Assembly: GCA_016933575.1 (NCBI GenBank)
Contig: JAFGAR010000169.1
Coordinates: 1-17,619, forward strand
Reading direction: 5' to 3'
Source: Candidatus Thorarchaeota archaeon
Lineage (GTDB): Archaea; Asgardarchaeota; Thorarchaeia; Thorarchaeales; Thorarchaeaceae
DNA length: 17,619 nucleotides
The translations under genes were made by a program, and so were the position numbers. Below the pieces are notes generated by a model. It had not been told where the DNA came from and did no database searches. It saw only the letters and a program-made list of their open reading frames with translations. Numbering within the stretch: position 1 is the first letter of the stretch; each line of letters opens with the position of its first letter. Below are positions 16,735-17,619 of the stretch, piece after piece.

Positions 16735-17594
16735 TTGTTCTCCTCATCCCCCTCTCTACTTTCGTCCTTTTTCCTACTATTCACAGAACTGATTATCCAA
16801 AAGAGTGTCTCAGCTACTCCTCTTGGCTCGATTGGAGGATTCGGCTTGTATATTGTCTTTGACCCTGTTCCGTTTCTGATTCTCTCCAGCTTTGCCTTTC
16901 CTATGCCACTACAATTCATCAGTTCATATGAGCCTAAATTTCTGGCATGCGTCCCGAGTGTAAAATGGAGGACCCTTCTAGCGTAAGTTTCGAACTCCGT
17001 GTACCTATTCTCATAAAGGTCCCATTGCGTGAAGACAAAGAGGATGGGTGGCATGTGATTTGATGTAGTCACATTCTTCCTTCTGGTAATCTCATGAATT
17101 ATTTCCATGCACATCAAATCTTGAGCTATGTCCTCGCTTAGTTGCTCGTTCTCATCTTCGCATCCTTTGGGATTGATAAGGAACATGAACGCATTGGATT
17201 TGTCAATTAGATTGCAAATTCGTTCTACATACTCTCGATACGGCCTCTTGCTTCTGAGCTCTTCTTTTCTCCATACAACGCGGTTCTCGCCAGGAATGAA
17301 AAGACCCTCGATGATCTCACCGGGAAGATCGATGGTCCGATACGTGACATGGCTTGAGTTGTCATGCTTCACGATGTCGAACATCACCTGTTCGTCTGCG
17401 AAGACCTGTGTCGATGATGGCCATTCTCCTCTCTGAAGCTCGGCGATCCTATCCTCGATGTAGTCCTCGACATTACGAAGGTAGTAGCTACGATTGTATC
17501 GTTTCTGGATCTCGTAGACCAAGGCCGCTGCGTAGACCGTCTTTCCCGATGCCTTTTGGCCAAACAACGCCAGATCGATATCTATCGAAGTCAT
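16461..17594. repeat. Direct repeat: 5' ends of the two paralogous GTPase genes (16461-16734 vs 17321-17594, offset 860)
   Basis: Manual ungapped alignment gives about 30 mismatches in 274 nt (~89% identity), including a perfect 50-nt run (16616-16665 = 17476-17525). Confidence 0.92.
16731..17594 (-). CDS. TRAFAC-class small GTPase (DO-GTPase-like), copy 1
   Basis: 287-aa paralog of copy 2 with the same G1/G2/G3/TQWD motifs. The ATG is preceded by GGGAGAGTGA. Confidence 0.88.
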   Translation of the reverse strand: MTSIDIDLALFGQKASGKTVYAAALVYEIQKRYNRSYYLRNVEDYIEDRIAELQRGEWPSSTQVFADEQVMFDIVKHDNSSHVTYRTIDLPGEIIEGLFIPGENRVVWRKEELRSKRPYREYVERICNLIDKSNAFMFLINPKGCEDENEQLSEDIAQDLMCMEIIHEITRRKNVTTSNHMPPILFVFTQWDLYENRYTEFETYARRVLHFTLGTHARNLGSYELMNCSGIGKAKLERIRNGTGSKTIYKPNPPIEPRGVAETLFWIISSVNSRKKDESREGDEENN

Positions 17595-17619
17595 GTCACT
17601 CTCCCTACTCAGTCTGAGG

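Noticed and set aside
3444-17617. The many 60-106 aa ORFs overlapping the long genes (e.g. 4822..5112, 6486..6710, 9096..9404, 12219..12479, 17128..17436)
   Set aside because: They overlap well-supported CDSs on the opposite strand or in another frame, have Ser/Phe/Leu-rich shadow composition and carry no motifs.
1-17619. CRISPR array, tRNA/rRNA, transposase/integrase or att sites
   Set aside because: No regularly spaced repeats, cloverleaf-like sequence or recombinase motifs were seen; nearly all of the window is accounted for by CDSs.

Overview
This window is roughly 40% GC and probably archaeal. The Shine-Dalgarno motifs (GGAGGTGA/GAGGTG) and the ESCRT/Vps4-like and coat-like genes suggest an Asgard archaeon, but that is an inference. 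Apart from a housekeeping ridA at the left end, the window is one dense accessory locus: two tightly coupled minus-strand gene runs separated by a single plus-strand gene. Run A (17594->7602) encodes three TRAFAC-class small GTPases (two of them recent paralogs), a ~1470-aa GAP1-N2/DENN-like plus alpha-solenoid protein, and a ~980-aa protein with a beta-propeller/helical/Ig-like/platform/Zn-ribbon layout reminiscent of coat or BBSome subunits. The plus-strand gene encodes a membrane-anchored protein with C-terminal winged-helix-like segments. Run B (6319->997) encodes an ESCRT-III/Snf7-like protein, an MIT-domain AAA+ ATPase (Vps4/CdvC layout, Cdc48-like motifs), two helical proteins with MIM1-like motifs, a stand-alone I9/propeptide-like protein and a cytoplasmic subtilisin. 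The combination of GTPase switch, GEF-like scaffold, coat-like protein, ESCRT-III/Vps4-like pair and inhibitor-protease pair looks like a candidate undescribed membrane-remodelling or conflict system. All domain calls come from reading motifs by eye; no searches were run. I saw no RNA genes, CRISPR arrays or mobile elements.
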